Positions 34,988 to 48,383 are shown, numbered from the whole stretch's first letter. The stretch: DNA of 63,718 nucleotides, filler included, from 15 parts of 15 records of this genome joined end to end with filler, not necessarily neighbours in it; one strand, 5' to 3'. The notes: generated by a model not told the origin, from the letters alone. Program-made: numbers and translations.

Positions 34988-35290
34988 TACTTATTCCATC
35001 CACCATTGGTGGGTCGATTTATTCGAGCTGACATGCAGTGACAACCCGGTCCGGTGCACCTTGCACAATTCAGTCCCAGAACCACAGCCGAGTTCGGAAT
35101 TGACAATCGTCAGAATGGATTGATCCTCAAGTGAATACGAAAATTTGACTGACTCGGTCGTTGACAATTTGCCGTTGACAAAAACACACACACGGAGGTG
35201 CACGAGAAGAACGAGCGCCAGAACGCGGGCTTTAAGGGCAGTGGACAAGAGATCTGAGCGCAGTGGGGGGCGGTGGGAGGAGCGAGGGCG

Positions 35291-36862
35291 ATGGACTCGG
35301 AATCGAGCCGCAATCTGCTGGAGCAGCAGATCGCGAGCTTTCGTGAGGAGATGGGGGGCGGCGTGCCGCAGCCCACGGCGTCGCCGCGCCCGGCGTCGCG
35401 CGTGGTTGGGTTCGGTGGCGCACCTGTGTCGTCGCCGGCGGGAACACCAAGGGACAGCCGTACGCCGAGGACGCCTCGACAACGGAGATCGTCGGGAGGC
35501 CGATCGCCGGGCACCCCTGGAACGCCGGGATCTCCGAGCACTCCGCGCAGTGCGGATCGGTTTGTGCCTACGCGCGGCGCAATGGACTTCGACCTCTCGT
35601 ACCACCAGCTGACGAACGAGAACCTCGCGACGAACTCGTTGCTGGAGGATGACTATTCCTCCGGCGTGGAGTACAAGTCAATACTGTCAAAAATGCTGTT
35701 CGAAGGGGCCGATAAGAAGATCTTGCGTTTCACAGCACCAGACTCGCCGAGGTCACCTAGCTCATCGCCGCACTCGCAAAGGGCATTAACGAATGTGGCC
35801 ACGTGTGAGCAGGCTGAGCTGCGGCACATTTATCACGAGAATATGGCCCACTCTCCATTCAGTCGAATGCAACACCGACAAATTTCTCACACACCTGAAA
35901 AGATTCTGGACGCGCCAGACTTGTTGGACGACTACTATCTGAACTTGCTGGATTGGTCGTCAAAGAACGTGCTTGCCGTGGCGCTTGGGCAGACAGTGTA
36001 CCTTTGGAACGCGCACACCGGACAGATCAGCCAGTTGACACAGACAACTACCACAGACGACTACGTAGCGTCGCTTAGCTTTAGTGCAGACGGCAGTCAA
36101 ATTGCGGTTGGCACGAACAGCGCACAGGTCCGGCTGTTTGACGTGGAGAAGATGAAGCTTATTCGCTCGATGAAAGGCCACCACCACCGTGTCAGTTCGC
36201 TGGCATGGAATGGTAACCAGCTGTCCAGTGGTAGCAGGGACGCTATGATATTCAATCACGATGTCCGTGCAACAACACATCACCAGAGTACCTTGCAAGG
36301 ACACCGACAAGAGGTCTGTGGACTTCGCTGGTCGCCTGACGGCAAGCAACTTGCTTCCGGTGGCAACGACAACATTCTGAACATCTGGGACCATGGCCGC
36401 GAAACTCCTCGATTGACGTTTTCGCAGCATTGCGCAGCGGTCAAGGCCCTTGCGTGGTGTCCTTTCCGCCCTAATTTGCTTGCGAGCGGTGGTGGAACCG
36501 CGGATCGCACAATTCGTTTCTGGAATACGTCTTCCGGTGCGCTTCGCAACACTGTTGACACCAAGTCTCAGGTATGCGCAATCGTCTGGTCAAAGAACGA
36601 GGAGGAGCTGGTGTCCTCCCATGGGTTTTCTCACAACCAGCTAACGTTGTGGAAATACCCATCTATGGTGAAGATGGCTGAGTTGACTGGCCATACATCG
36701 CGAGTGCTGCATTTGGCGCAATCGCCAGATGGCGAAACTGTGGTCTCGGGCGCTGCGGATGAGACACTCAGATTTTGGAAAGTATTCGGGCCTGCCAAGC
36801 GCAAGTCGAAAGCCAGTTCGACAGGCGGGCGCGGCACATTCTCCATGAGTGGCATTCGGTGA
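35291..36862 (+). CDS. CDC20: APC/C activator CDC20/Fizzy
   Basis: C-box DRFVPTR, KILR motif, ILDAPDLLDDYYLNLLDWS, WD40 repeats, terminal IR tail, N-terminal S/TP sites. First ATG at 35291. Confidence 0.93.
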   Translation: MDSESSRNLLEQQIASFREEMGGGVPQPTASPRPASRVVGFGGAPVSSPAGTPRDSRTPRTPRQRRSSGGRSPGTPGTPGSPSTPRSADRFVPTRGAMDFDLSYHQLTNENLATNSLLEDDYSSGVEYKSILSKMLFEGADKKILRFTAPDSPRSPSSSPHSQRALTNVATCEQAELRHIYHENMAHSPFSRMQHRQISHTPEKILDAPDLLDDYYLNLLDWSSKNVLAVALGQTVYLWNAHTGQISQLTQTTTTDDYVASLSFSADGSQIAVGTNSAQVRLFDVEKMKLIRSMKGHHHRVSSLAWNGNQLSSGSRDAMIFNHDVRATTHHQSTLQGHRQEVCGLRWSPDGKQLASGGNDNILNIWDHGRETPRLTFSQHCAAVKALAWCPFRPNLLASGGGTADRTIRFWNTSSGALRNTVDTKSQVCAIVWSKNEEELVSSHGFSHNQLTLWKYPSMVKMAELTGHTSRVLHLAQSPDGETVVSGAADETLRFWKVFGPAKRKSKASSTGGRGTFSMSGIR

Positions 36863-37297
36863 TTGCTGCTTCAAGTCCACGGTGTCTCGGATACGGAAAC
36901 AGCTGTACAGCCTGAACATTTCCATGCTGGGCCAAATATCTGCGAGCGTGAATCCCGAAGGTCGACATCCAGGGAGATTCCTTCGCCAACACCACTCGAA
37001 ACGCGTTTTCCCCTCCATTTGTTTTTCTGTTGTTTTGGGACTCTCTTGCTTTTCTATTTGCCGATCTGTTTGCCCATACTATTGATGTGCCACGTGTGCC
37101 CCTTTGCGGAAGTAGCCTCGTAAAGCCGCCACCCTGATCCCTTACCACTTTGGTATCAAGGGATACCTTTATTGCGTTATAACCAATTTATTTTCAGCAT
37201 TGCACCTGATAGCCATCTGGGAGGAGGACTGCTTGCCTAGAAAGCGCGCGCTAAAGGCTAAGGGAGCGGTTGCGGCTCGAATTGAAATGAAAAGCGT

Positions 37298-39745
37298 TTA
37301 TTCGCCTCTTGCTTTCTTCTTACCGCCGCCATCCACGATAGCTTCGCTATTGCCTCCAGCCGACGTTTGCTCCGTGCTCGGACTCGCTTGCTCAGCGCTA
37401 TCGCCACCCCCGTTGTGCACCTCGGTTGGTGTACCACTCGACTCGCCAGTTTGGGGGCCACCATGCTGTGTCGCATCTGGCAGAGGGCGGCCGGGAGGCG
37501 CCGGCAAGGCGTCACAAGTTCGCCGAATTGTCTCCTGCGCCATGCAGGCAGGCAAAGGACTCCGATTGAACGATCTATGGCACCTTCATGTGGGTAGGTG
37601 GGTAGGTAGGTAGGTCGGTAGGCAGGTAGGCAGGTAAGCAGGTACACGCTGTTTCGAGCTGCAGCGGGCGCGTGGCAAGGCGGCAGCAAAATCTGTGGCA
37701 CAACTAGCAAAGGCGATACACACCTTCAGCAGGGTTTTCAGATGCGCCAGCCGTTGTGCAGTAGACGTCACGTCAAGCATCTGCAGCTTCTCGGCCGTTG
37801 ATGTAGGCAGTATGTTCCCAATCCAGAACGAGAACTTCTCCGGCTGGAATCGGCACATATGCATTAGAACTACGGTTGGTGGGTCAATGAGACACTGCTC
37901 ACTGCACCGCGCATCCAGACACAGCTGGGGACCACAGGGACGCACAGAAGTCATCGCGGGAGGCGGTCCAGCGCGCGTGATGATCTGCCGAAGTAATACC
38001 GCAAGGTGGGGCGAGTGGAGGCTTAGCGCCCGCCCTCGGCGCAGCCACTCAACTGACAGCTTCTCCACCTCCCGCACCTCCTGTGCGCACGTCGAATTTG
38101 TGGAATTACAGATGCGGCGTGCAGACAGCAGCAAGAACAATGAACAGCAGCCATGTAGTAGGGGGCTTTGCGGACCTCTTGCAATGCCAGGCTGCCAGGC
38201 TGGTATGGCACGCTTGTATCCGTGCCATCATCCGTCGGTTCGTCCTTATAAAATCGAACGTTCGCACACCGGTAGCCGTCTATCTCCTTGGTGCTTATGA
38301 CCTCGAAGCGCTGCAGCGCCTTGACCTCAATATGGCATCGGCCATCAAACATCTGCTTGGACTCAATAATTTCCACTTCAGTACCCAGATTCCGCCTTAT
38401 CCGAGCAGATTCTCCAGGCCGGTGCACAGGATCCGGCCGCACACCCAACATACCAAATTTACGATCGCCATCCATGCAGCGACGCGTCATCAGCCGGTAG
38501 CGCGGCTCGAACATGTTCAGTGACATCGACTGGCCTGGCAAAACGTAGTCAAGTGCATACAGGGGGAGCACGTCACATGGCTCCTCCCTTCGCTGCTCTT
38601 TGAGCGCGGTGATTGCCTGCGTGACCACGAGGCAGCAACACAGAATGATCGTTTTGTTGTGCATCACGCTGTGTCAGGTAGAGGGCAAATGCTGGGCGCA
38701 CTGTTGCTCGTCTGGCTGTTTCGTCCGGATGAAGCTTGCTCAGGATACTCTGCAGGCTCACGGAAACCTGCGGGGCAGGTGGTGCATGTCGCCTGCGTTA
38801 AAAAAAGAAAGAAATGGCAAGGATGTCCACAATGCAGCAATGCACCAGCACACAGTTGGGCCGCGACGAGGCGAGCTGGACACGCGAGCGACCGAGCCGC
38901 ACCGGAAACCTTCGCGCGTTCATGTGGATGACCTTCTGGGTCACCGGACAGACAGGCTTCTCGGCCAGAGCTCGTTGCAGGCAGTACCGGCAAAACGAAT
39001 TTCCAGTCGGCGCTGTGATGGGATCGAATATCAGCTGCTTGCACAGCGGGCACGCAAGCGACCTGCGTCCGAGCTCGTCGCTGCTGCCCGACTCGGCCGC
39101 GTCAGGTAGATCGCTTTCGTTTCGCGGAGAGCCTACTGCCACGCCCTCGCCGCTCGCTGGGTCTGACTGCTTGCCGCTCGGTCCATCGCGGACCTTCCGC
39201 TTCAGCCGACGTTGATTGGTCATCGTCCTGACCTTCCGCACGCATGCCAGCAGCTCGCTGTGCATCGGATCGAATGTCAAACCGTCGCTGTATGCATCGA
39301 GGGCGGCGGTGTAGTCCTCCGTTGTGAAGCGAGAATGTCCGCGCAGGAGGTATCCGGTGATCATCTGGTCCGTTGAGCAGGAGCCGGACTCGAGGGCTCG
39401 GTCCACGTCGCGCAGTGCGAGCGCGGCGAGCGTGTGCGAGTCGCCAGGGCCCGAGCGACGGTCCATGTCGGCTTCGCTGGCCGGCCGCGAGCTCACACCC
39501 TCCGCTGTCTTCAAGAAGGCTTGCGCTCGATTCAGCAGCATCTTGACGTCGTTCGGCTGCTGCACAAGCGCATGGGTGAACGCCTTGACCGCCTGGTCGT
39601 GCCTGCCCTCGGCCGCCAGCCTTGTGCCGCGCGCCGCATGCCCCGCGGCATCAGCGCTGGCCCCGCGCTGCGAGCCACCCGCCTGCGGCGTCCCGGCTGC
39701 ATCCTCCGGCGGCGTCACCGCCGTGGGCGCGTCACCCCTCTCCAT
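37298..39745 (-). CDS. TPR-RING-LON substrate-binding domain E3 ligase (LONRF-like); introns 38768-38902, 38617-38701, 38081-38175, 37844-37945, 37535-37723
   Basis: TPR repeats, RING/U-box-like CPLCKQLIFDPITAPTGNSFCRYC...CPV, LON domain LNMFEPRYRLMTRRC...FGM. All five introns are phase-compatible. Confidence 0.85.
37592..37642. repeat. Intronic (GGTA/GGCA)n microsatellite
   Basis: gggtaggtgggtaggtaggtaggtcggtaggcaggtaggcaggtaagcagg. Confidence 0.85.
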
Positions 39746-40012
39746 TTCGCACCTGTTGGAAGGCTACGTCCCCATCCGGCCGTCGTCCGCCGCAGGCAGC
39801 AGCATCGGCGCTTCTCCCTACATCACCTCACCGAGCCCGATCACAACTTCGCAGCGCTGTCGTCCATCTCGGCCATCCCGCCCCAGCCGTTACCAGCCGT
39901 TACGAGCCGTGGNNNNNNNNNNNNNNNNNNNNNNNNNNNNNNNNNNNNNNNNNNNNTTAATTAATTAANNNNNNNNNNNNNNNNNNNNNNNNNNNNNNNN
40001 NNNNNNNNNNNN

Positions 40013-42164
40013 TGCTTCAGCAATGACATCGTCTGTGCAGCCAGGTGGTGGTGACATAGCTGGGCTACCATCATATAATGATGCTCTCAAACTGCCAGTT
40101 GCAGTGCCACCACCACCACCACCTAGCTATGCTGCTGTAATGGGAACCTCGGCGCTAGCATCATCTGAAGCAGACTTCGATGAGGATCTGTTCTCTGAAG
40201 TGATGGCTGGGCCGCCGCCGCAGTCAGGATCATCTGCACCTCCCGAGCATGCACCGCCGCCATGTCAATCTGAGCCCCCCCCGCAAACTTCAACAATGCT
40301 CCCTCAGCTGGCTCTCCAGCTGGACGCCATGGAGGCAGAGCCGTTCGCTGAACCTACGGCTATGAGATCGCCGTGTACATCCCTCATTTATGGGAAAGCT
40401 GGTTGCTATCGACAGTTCGACTCCCGCGACATCATCAACAGTGACGACAAAGCCGACAATGATCAATTTGTTCCGCGTACGAGGTCGAGTAATCCACATG
40501 GCTTCGTCACGTCCTCGATTGGTTGTGTAGCACTTGAAATACTTGGTTTGTTGTACGCACATGGCGACACCAACAGCCAGGGCGACAGGATGGATGAGTC
40601 TACTCCTGTGTCATCTTCTCTTTGGATAAATCAGTGTTTGATCTTCAAGCTAAATCAGCAGCTCGGTGATCCACTGGCTGTCGTGGCATCTGCATTCCCG
40701 CCGTGGATTGAAGAGCTGATGTCTTCCTATCCATTTCTCTTTCCAATCGTGGTGCGAGAAGACTTTTTTCGTGTCTCGGCGTTCGGCGCAGCCCGAGCGG
40801 TCGAGTGGCTGCGGCTTCAGCAGCAGCAGCAGCAAAACGCCAGTACAAATGCTCCCTTGGGAGACAGGCTTGGGCCACTGCGTGTGGAGCGTTGGCTGAT
40901 TCGACGTGATGACTTCTTAAACCAAGCACGCCAGCTACTGTGTCATCATGCTGCTCGACGTAGCAAACTCGAAGTAGAATTTGAGGGAGAGTCCGGGATT
41001 GGTACAGGAGTTCATGTCAGTTTCTTTACAGATGCTGCGGCACGGCTGTCTGAAACTGCTGAGAACCAGAAGGTAAAGATGTGGATGTCAGATTCTAGCC
41101 TGCCACAGGGCGATACACTGCAATGTGTCTTACACCCCGTCAGTTTGCTTGGTCTCAAAGCAGGGGAGCCCAGCGGCGTTGCCGCAGTGTTACGTAGATT
41201 TGAGTTGCTCGGGTGGCTATTTGGAAAAGCGCTAATCGACAGAAGACACGACGAACGGCTGCTGCCGCTCCGGCTTAGTCCACACTTTGTTGATTTAGCA
41301 CTTGGACGAGAACAAACGCTACAGACGTCGATGCGACAGTACGGTGAGTGGGCTGGGCTAGCTACACTGGCTGCGCAAGAAGTGCAGGGAGGCTCTATGG
41401 TGCTTTTGCTTCTGGAGCAGCTCCACGGAGTGCGCAACGGCACAATCGCACTTGACCAGGCAGCTGAAATGATTGAGATGTGCGATATTGCCTTCGTCGA
41501 TCCTGCAGCCAATGAAGCTCCGCTGTGCCCAGGTGGCAACGACCGTACACTGAGGTGGCCAGATGTCGAGGAGTTCCTGGGTTTGCTGGCCTCTGCTTGG
41601 CTTGGTGAGGGCGTACGGCTGCAATGCAACTATTTTGCCCGAGCGCTTGGGCAGGTAGTCCCACTGAAGAAGCTGAGCCTGTTCACAACACTGGAGCTTC
41701 TCGAGCTTGTCTGTGGTGCGGCAGTGGAATGGACTGCGGAGGACCTCGAGAACTGCGTTGTACCTGGCGATGGATATACTCGTGATTCAGAGCCCTACCA
41801 ATGGCTGTTGGATGTGCTTGTAGGTCTTGCAACAACTGCTGCTGATTCAGACGCACATGATGGGATGTCATCACTGGGGGGAACCGACAAGGCGGCGCAG
41901 CGCGCGGCCTTTCTGGAATTCGTCACCGCACGCGCACGGCTGCCTTCGGGTGGGTTGCATGCGCTCCCGTGCCCAATCAGCGTACAGGACCCTGGAAGTG
42001 GTGGCAACAGTTCCACGCAGCGCGACATTGATCAACGTCTACCTACCGCTCATACGTGCTCATTGACCCTTGATCTGCCGTCGTACAGCAGCAAGGAGAT
42101 ACTGAAGCAGAGACTTGAAGGGGCGCTAGTACTGATGGCAGAATACGAGGGACTGGTGGACTGA
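40013..42164 (+). CDS. HECT E3 ubiquitin ligase C-terminal part (UPL3/TRIP12/Ufd4-like), probably 5'-truncated
   Basis: KLNQQLGDPL...PPW...YPFLFP, LEVEFEGESGIGTG, FLEFVT..RLPSGG, catalytic LPTAHTC...LDLPSYSS. Confidence 0.88.
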
Positions 42165-43832
42165 CACGCTGCAGGGCAACGAATGGGTGCATGGGTCTAG
42201 TCAGGACTCCAGACATCGTCAACGTTGGCCTCTTCCGAGACGGAGACGCCAAGCCTTCCCTGGTGACAGGGGTGTCCATCGACCAGAATCTGAGACCAGG
42301 TTGAGTCCCAGTCTGATGAGAATGCAGTGTGCCACAACAAAATGTTGTTGTCCACTATCATTATATCTCCAGTATGCAGCTCCACTAGTCACCAGCGCGC
42401 ATGCTGGTAAGATGAGCTGTCGTTTTGTCCGTCGGCTTCTGGCGCCTTCAAAAGGATCTGCTGCAGCGTTGCCAAATCCATATCATGCTCTGGCCCACCA
42501 CAACCACGCAAAGCCAACGGATCGGGCACAACTCTGCACCGGCTCTGATCTCGTGAGTCGCGGCTGTCATAAGCTCAAAGACGAATCGAGTGACGATTTC
42601 CTATAGACATAAAAGGAATACAATTTACAGACAAAACCCAACTTCCCTATCTACTGGTGGCTCGAGCGCGTGCCGAGGTCAGCAGTGCGTGGCGCACGAT
42701 GCGCGACCTCATCCGCACTGTACAACATGCACGCTGCCTGCTGGACGTCTCCCTCCGCGTCGACGAGGGCTCGCTGTCCACAAGACACGCACACGCCATG
42801 ATTCAGAGCCACAGCGCCACCCCAAGTTTCAACATTACGCAGTGCGGACCGACCGCTCGAACCAAGGAGCTGACGCTCATGGAGTCACAAGGTGACAAGT
42901 GCGAAAGCATCGCAGAGGTCATAGAGGCACTAGATGCAGCCCCCGTAACGGCCGAGGAAGTCAAGTCACGCAAAATCCCGCACGCAGAATGCCAGCACTG
43001 CAAGTCGCTGTTCCTGACCACGCTGGGTCTACAAAGACACCAAACGTTCTGCACAGCTGCAGACCNNNNNNNNNNNNNNNNNNNNNNNNNNNNNNNNNNN
43101 NNNNNNNNNTTAATTAATTAANNNNNNNNNNNNNNNNNNNNNNNNNNNNNNNNNNNNNNNNNNNNCACCAGCAGCAGCAGCAGCACCACCACCACCTCCT
43201 CGGCCAGCCCGTCAGTGTTCTGTACCGTGGGGTCGTTGGCCGTCGGCGAAAAGTCCGAGTCGTTTCCCAGTCATATTTCAATACATTCTACGCGGGATGC
43301 ACTAGGGATTGATTTCGGGTCCAGCGGGCCGGAACTCGTTGCCGAGCCGGATGCTGAAACAGAGAGGAACCTCAACCTGTTCAACGGTCCAATCCCAAAA
43401 TCATAAACTCGTAGTTCTTAAATACAATTTATGCTTAATGAAAATGTATAAGTACGAACTTTAGCAGATTTTCGAGTTCTACTGTCCTGGTTGGCACACT
43501 GTCTGTCACAGGCTGGATGGATTCTTGTATTGCATTTAGAACTCACTGATAAATGAAGCACACCCCGCGGACCGCCCCAAGACTGATTTTTTTCGCATAC
43601 CACCATTGATATTGTACTGGAACCCCCGCCTGCGGCTTGAATCCAACCCTGTCTGACAGTCTGTGAAGTACTTGTAGTTGATGTGGGAAATCGAGTACGG
43701 ACGGTGGCGCGTCTGGAAGGTCGCTCCAGGGAGGCTGGTGCGCCAAAAATGGCCGGCATGGCCGTGTCGGCGCCCTGCGCTGAGCTCTGACGCCCTCTGA
43801 CGCCCTGCGCTGGGAGGGAGGGAGCCTGAGGG

Positions 43833-46800
43833 ATGCCAGGGTTGCCGCCGCCGCCGGCGCCGGACAGCGATGAGGAGCAGGGCGATGCTAAGGCGCTGGT
43901 GCCGGTGGTTAGCACGGGCAGTTCGCGGGCGTTGCCGAAGTCGGGCAGTGGCGGCAAGGTGGCGCCGGCGGGGCGTGACTTCTCCGTGCAGCCGGAGGAG
44001 CTCTGCAGCTTCATGGAGCGCGCGGTAACGAGCAAGGGGAGCGTGGAGGTGCTGGAGCGCGAGTTCAACGGGATCATGGGGCTGGCGCACACACTTCGCG
44101 TCAATCCGGCGCTCGGGCTGGTGCGCGCCGTTGCGCGTTGCGCGAGCGTCATTGTGTCTTGTGTGTGCTGCGCACCGCTGGACTGCGCGGGGCGCTGGCG
44201 CTGCGATGGTCGCTGATGGCCGTGGGGTTGCTGTTGTGCTGCGATAGACGAGTGTCCAGGACCTGGAGTCGCGCTACCACCACTTCGGCAGCAACATGCA
44301 CGAGAAGGTGCGAGCGCTTCACCCGTTGCTGGCTCGTTCGATCTGCAGTCGCACTGATCTGTGCTGTCCCCGCGGTTCCATGCGTGCACAGTCGCCAATC
44401 CGAGGGCTGTGGTCGTCAATATGCCACGTGATGCATGATGCTGCAACTCTGCTACTGCTAGTCGTGGCGGTGGGGCTGTTCGTGGTGGGGGGCGTGTTCG
44501 ACGACTCCAGGGCTGTGACGCAGGGGGCGGCCGTGTTCGCATCTCTCGTCGTCCTGATTCTGATCGGGGCGTGGAACGACCGCGACCGTGACCGCAAGTT
44601 CGCTCATCTCAACGAGATGGTGAACGACGTCTCGATCGGCGTGCGACGAAATAGCGAGGTGGTGCAGGTTCACACCTCAGAGATCGTCGTGGGAGACATC
44701 ATTGAGGTGGCGTATGGCAATATGGTGCCATGCGATGGGGTGCTGGTGGAGGGAAGTGACATCAAGGTCAATGAGTATGCCCTGACCGGGAACCCCCGTG
44801 ATATTAGCAAGAACGACGAGTTTCCGTTCCTACTGGCTGGGACACAGATGGTCGGAGGCTACGGCTACATGATGGTCATCGCGGTTGGAGAGCACTCATT
44901 CAAAGGAAACATTGTCAAGCTGCTCGCGGCCTCCCATGACGCCCCCACGGGCCTGCAGCACAAGCTTGAGAGTGCTGCGCACGAGATGGGCAAACTTGGG
45001 CTGTATGGGATGCTGTCGATGATTGTGGTCTTAGGCCTCTGGTTTGGCCTTGACTTGATGATCACTGGCATGAACGGCTGGAGAGATCGATATACACCTC
45101 TTCTGCTGGAATTCTTCGTCAACGCGATCGTCTTGTTCATCGTTGCCGTGCCAGAGAGCCTCTCGCTCGCCGTCAGCCTTGCACTGGCGCATGCAATCAA
45201 ACGGATGGTCAAACACAACAATCTGTTGCGGCATGTCGACTGTCTGGAGAAACTAGGACAGGCCACGTGCATATGCACAGACAAGACAGGCACTCTCACT
45301 ACGAATAGGATGGCTGTTGCAAAAAGTTGGTTTGGACACAAACGGTTTTTGCAGGTGCCACCACTGCAAGAGTTGGGCACGGAAATGGTGCGCGCGATGG
45401 GTGAGTGCATCTCAGTGACTTCGACTGCAACCCTGGAACTTCAACGCACGGACGAATTTGAGCGTGTGACGGTGCTTGGAAACAAAACTGAGGGCGCCCT
45501 GCTGATGCTGGCACGTTACATGGGCATTGAGTACGAGCGCGTGCGCAGGCAGCTGGGACGGTTGCACTTCCACACTTTCACCTCGGATCGGAAAAGAACT
45601 AGCACACTGGTCAACAACGTCAATTCTAAAGGCCTCAAGACTCAGGCGAAACGGTTGTATGTGACTGGCGCAGCTGAGGTTATCCTGCGCCTTTGCGATT
45701 TCCATCTGAATATTGATGGGATCTCGACAACGAAACTAACAGACGAGCTGCGAACGGAGCTTATGGAGGATGTGATTGGGGGGTTTGCGCATGAAGGGCT
45801 ACGGACAATTGCACTAGCATACAGAGTTATCGATGACATGTACGGTATAGACTGGAACAACCCATCGTCGATCGAACATACGCTCGTTCTGGTGGGAATT
45901 GTTGGAATCAGCGATCCGTTGCGTAAGGAGGTTCCGGATTCAATAACCGAGTGTCTTCAGTCAGGTATAACCGTTCGCATGGTGACTGGCGACAGTCTAG
46001 ATACTGCCACGACAATTGCGATTCGTTCGCGGCTTTTCCGAAAGGAAGATGGCGACCTTGCCATGGAAGGGGCGGACTTTAGAAGACGAGTGACAGACTC
46101 GACTGGAGAGATCTATAAACCGGAATTCGATTCAATCTGGCCGCGTTTGCGTGTGCTGGCCCGAGCCTCACCGCAAGACAAAGCCACCCTTGTGAAGGGC
46201 CTGCGTGAAGTCGGGGAAGTTGTGGTTGCGACTGGAGATTCTACAGCTGATGCGGCTGCACTGTCTGCGGCGGACATTGGATTTGCGATGAGGATCTCCG
46301 GCACTGACGTCGCCAAGGAGACGGCCGACATCTTGTTGCTGGATGACAGTTTCCACAGCATTGTCACGGCGGTGTTGTGGGGTCGCAACCTAGTGGATGC
46401 GACCTGCAAGTTTCTGCAGTTTCAGCTCACAACCACGTTGGTGGTGGTTGTTTTCAGTGTGGTCAGTGCCGCAGTCCTGAAGCATCCGGTGTTTAGCGCT
46501 GTCCAGCTATTATGGATCAACTTCGTCGCGGACCCGTTCGGATCCTTGGCACTAGCTACGGAGGGTCCATCGTCGAAGACTACAGCCGGGCGTCAGCCGT
46601 ACAAAGACGAAGATCCGCTGATTTCGCCGGCTATGTCCAGAGACATTGTTGGACAGGCTTGCTACCAGGTGCTTGTGCTGTTGCTTTTGCTGTTCGGCGG
46701 CGGGATGCTAGTGGACATGGAGTTTCTGCCAGACGCGGTAGACGTGATCGATCGGTTGACGACAGACAATGAAGGTTTGACGCGAGAGCAGTGTGCTGCC

Positions 46801-48058
46801 GGCGGTCTCCTGTGGCATGATCGGATCCCGGGGCAGTGTATGAGTGGTGAAACCAACGCGGTCGTCTCTGACCTGCACTGTGAAGTGAACGGCTGCGATT
46901 TTGGGTGCGGATTTGCTGGCGGCGTCCGCTGTGGCACAGTAGAAGCCGTAGCAGAAGGATTCTACCTGGGTGTGGAAGTTGCAAATACAAACGAAGAGCT
47001 CCGCAGGGCATGTGAGGTGAACAGGAACGTGTGGCAGTCCCCGTGTGATGGCTTTACTGCTGGTCAGGAGGGAACATGCACAACTGTGCCCGGGTGTGCA
47101 TACACCGCCCCTATTAGTCCGGCGGTTGACACGTGCATTGATGCAGACGAATCGGGAGATGACTGCGTGACGACTTTCGTCCCGAGTTTCAGTGTCACGT
47201 GTCCAGTTGGGTGCGAGTACACCCCGGCGGTGACCCAGGTCCTTGAGGAATGCGAGCCTGCGGCCTATACAGTTGGCTGCACAGCTCCGGATGGCACTCT
47301 GATCGGTGTTCCGGGCGCGACACCGCCAGAGGCCAACTTCACAACTCAAGCATCCTGTACCCAGACTGGGCACTCGTGGGTCTCCGCAGTGGACGAATAC
47401 TGCGAGGTAGATAGCATACGAGTGCATAGCACGCATGCCGACGGTTCGGAGCACTTGACGATGATCTTCAACACCTGCGTACTCATGGCGTTGGCCAACA
47501 CTCTGAACTGCCGGAAGGTTCACAACGAGGCCAACCGTTGTCAGGGTATCGCCAAGCACAAAATGCTGGTCGTGCTGGTGGTCGCGACCTTCTGCGTCCA
47601 TCTAGTGCTGGTGCAGAGCTTCGGGCCTGTAATGTCTGCAGCGAAGGATGGCCTGAGCGGCAAGTGCTGGGTGCTATGTCTGATACTGGGCCTCTCGGTT
47701 CTGGCCTGGGGGCAGCTTTTGCGTGTGATACCAAGCCGCTTCTGCGCAAGGTTTGCACGCAGGTTCAACAAGGCTGCCGCGGTGCATGAGCTCGACGAGG
47801 AGCAGACACGTGAGATGCGGAAGAAGCGGCATCACTTTTGTCGGTGCCACGTCAAGGGTGGCGCGCGGTTACGCAAGGAATTCGGCCAGGTGCGCCCTCT
47901 TCTTTCCCCCGCTTGGGCCTTCCCGCCCCCGCCGCATCTGATTCGAGTGCTCCGTGCGTGCGAGTTCGCAGGTCCACCTGTTCAAGTCTGGCAGAACAGA
48001 ACGCGTGCAGGCGCTCACGCTATCGGTTGCGCGCGAGCGCATCGTCGACATGGATTAG
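43833..48058 (+). CDS. P2B (PMCA-like) P-type Ca2+-ATPase, divergent; introns 44121-44247, 44308-44391, 47890-47971
   Basis: CTDKTGTLT phosphorylation motif, VAVPE, FTSDRKR, GLRTIALAY, MVTGD, KFLQFQLT, QLLWIN..D...LALATE, TMIFN. The spliced C-terminus KGGARLRKEFGQVHLFKS resembles the PMCA calmodulin-binding tail. Confidence 0.88.
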
Positions 48059-48383
48059 CTCGGTGCTGCTTATATCGCACGGAGTAGGGATTAGTTACAA
48101 GTTATTCTATATTTGTCTCCCCCCGCACCGTACACCGCAGCTGAGGCGAGCCGTAGCACAGGCACCGACCAGCACCACGCCGCGGCGAGTTCTGCTAACC
48201 TCGCCCTCTCGATACGAAGAGTGCATATCCAGGACCATGCGTCCGCCCGTCCACCGCTGGCGCGATACACGATCAGCCCCCCCNNNNNNNNNNNNNNNNN
48301 NNNNNNNNNNNNNNNNNNNNNNNNNNNTTAATTAATTAANNNNNNNNNNNNNNNNNNNNNNNNNNNNNNNNNNNNNNNNNNNN

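Noticed and set aside
1687-47601. Many 150-370 aa antisense or alternate-frame ORFs (e.g. 1687-2460, 32018-32908, 43418-44542, 46708-47601)
   Set aside because: They are shadows of real genes in GC-rich DNA, with low-complexity R/P/S/A composition and no motifs.
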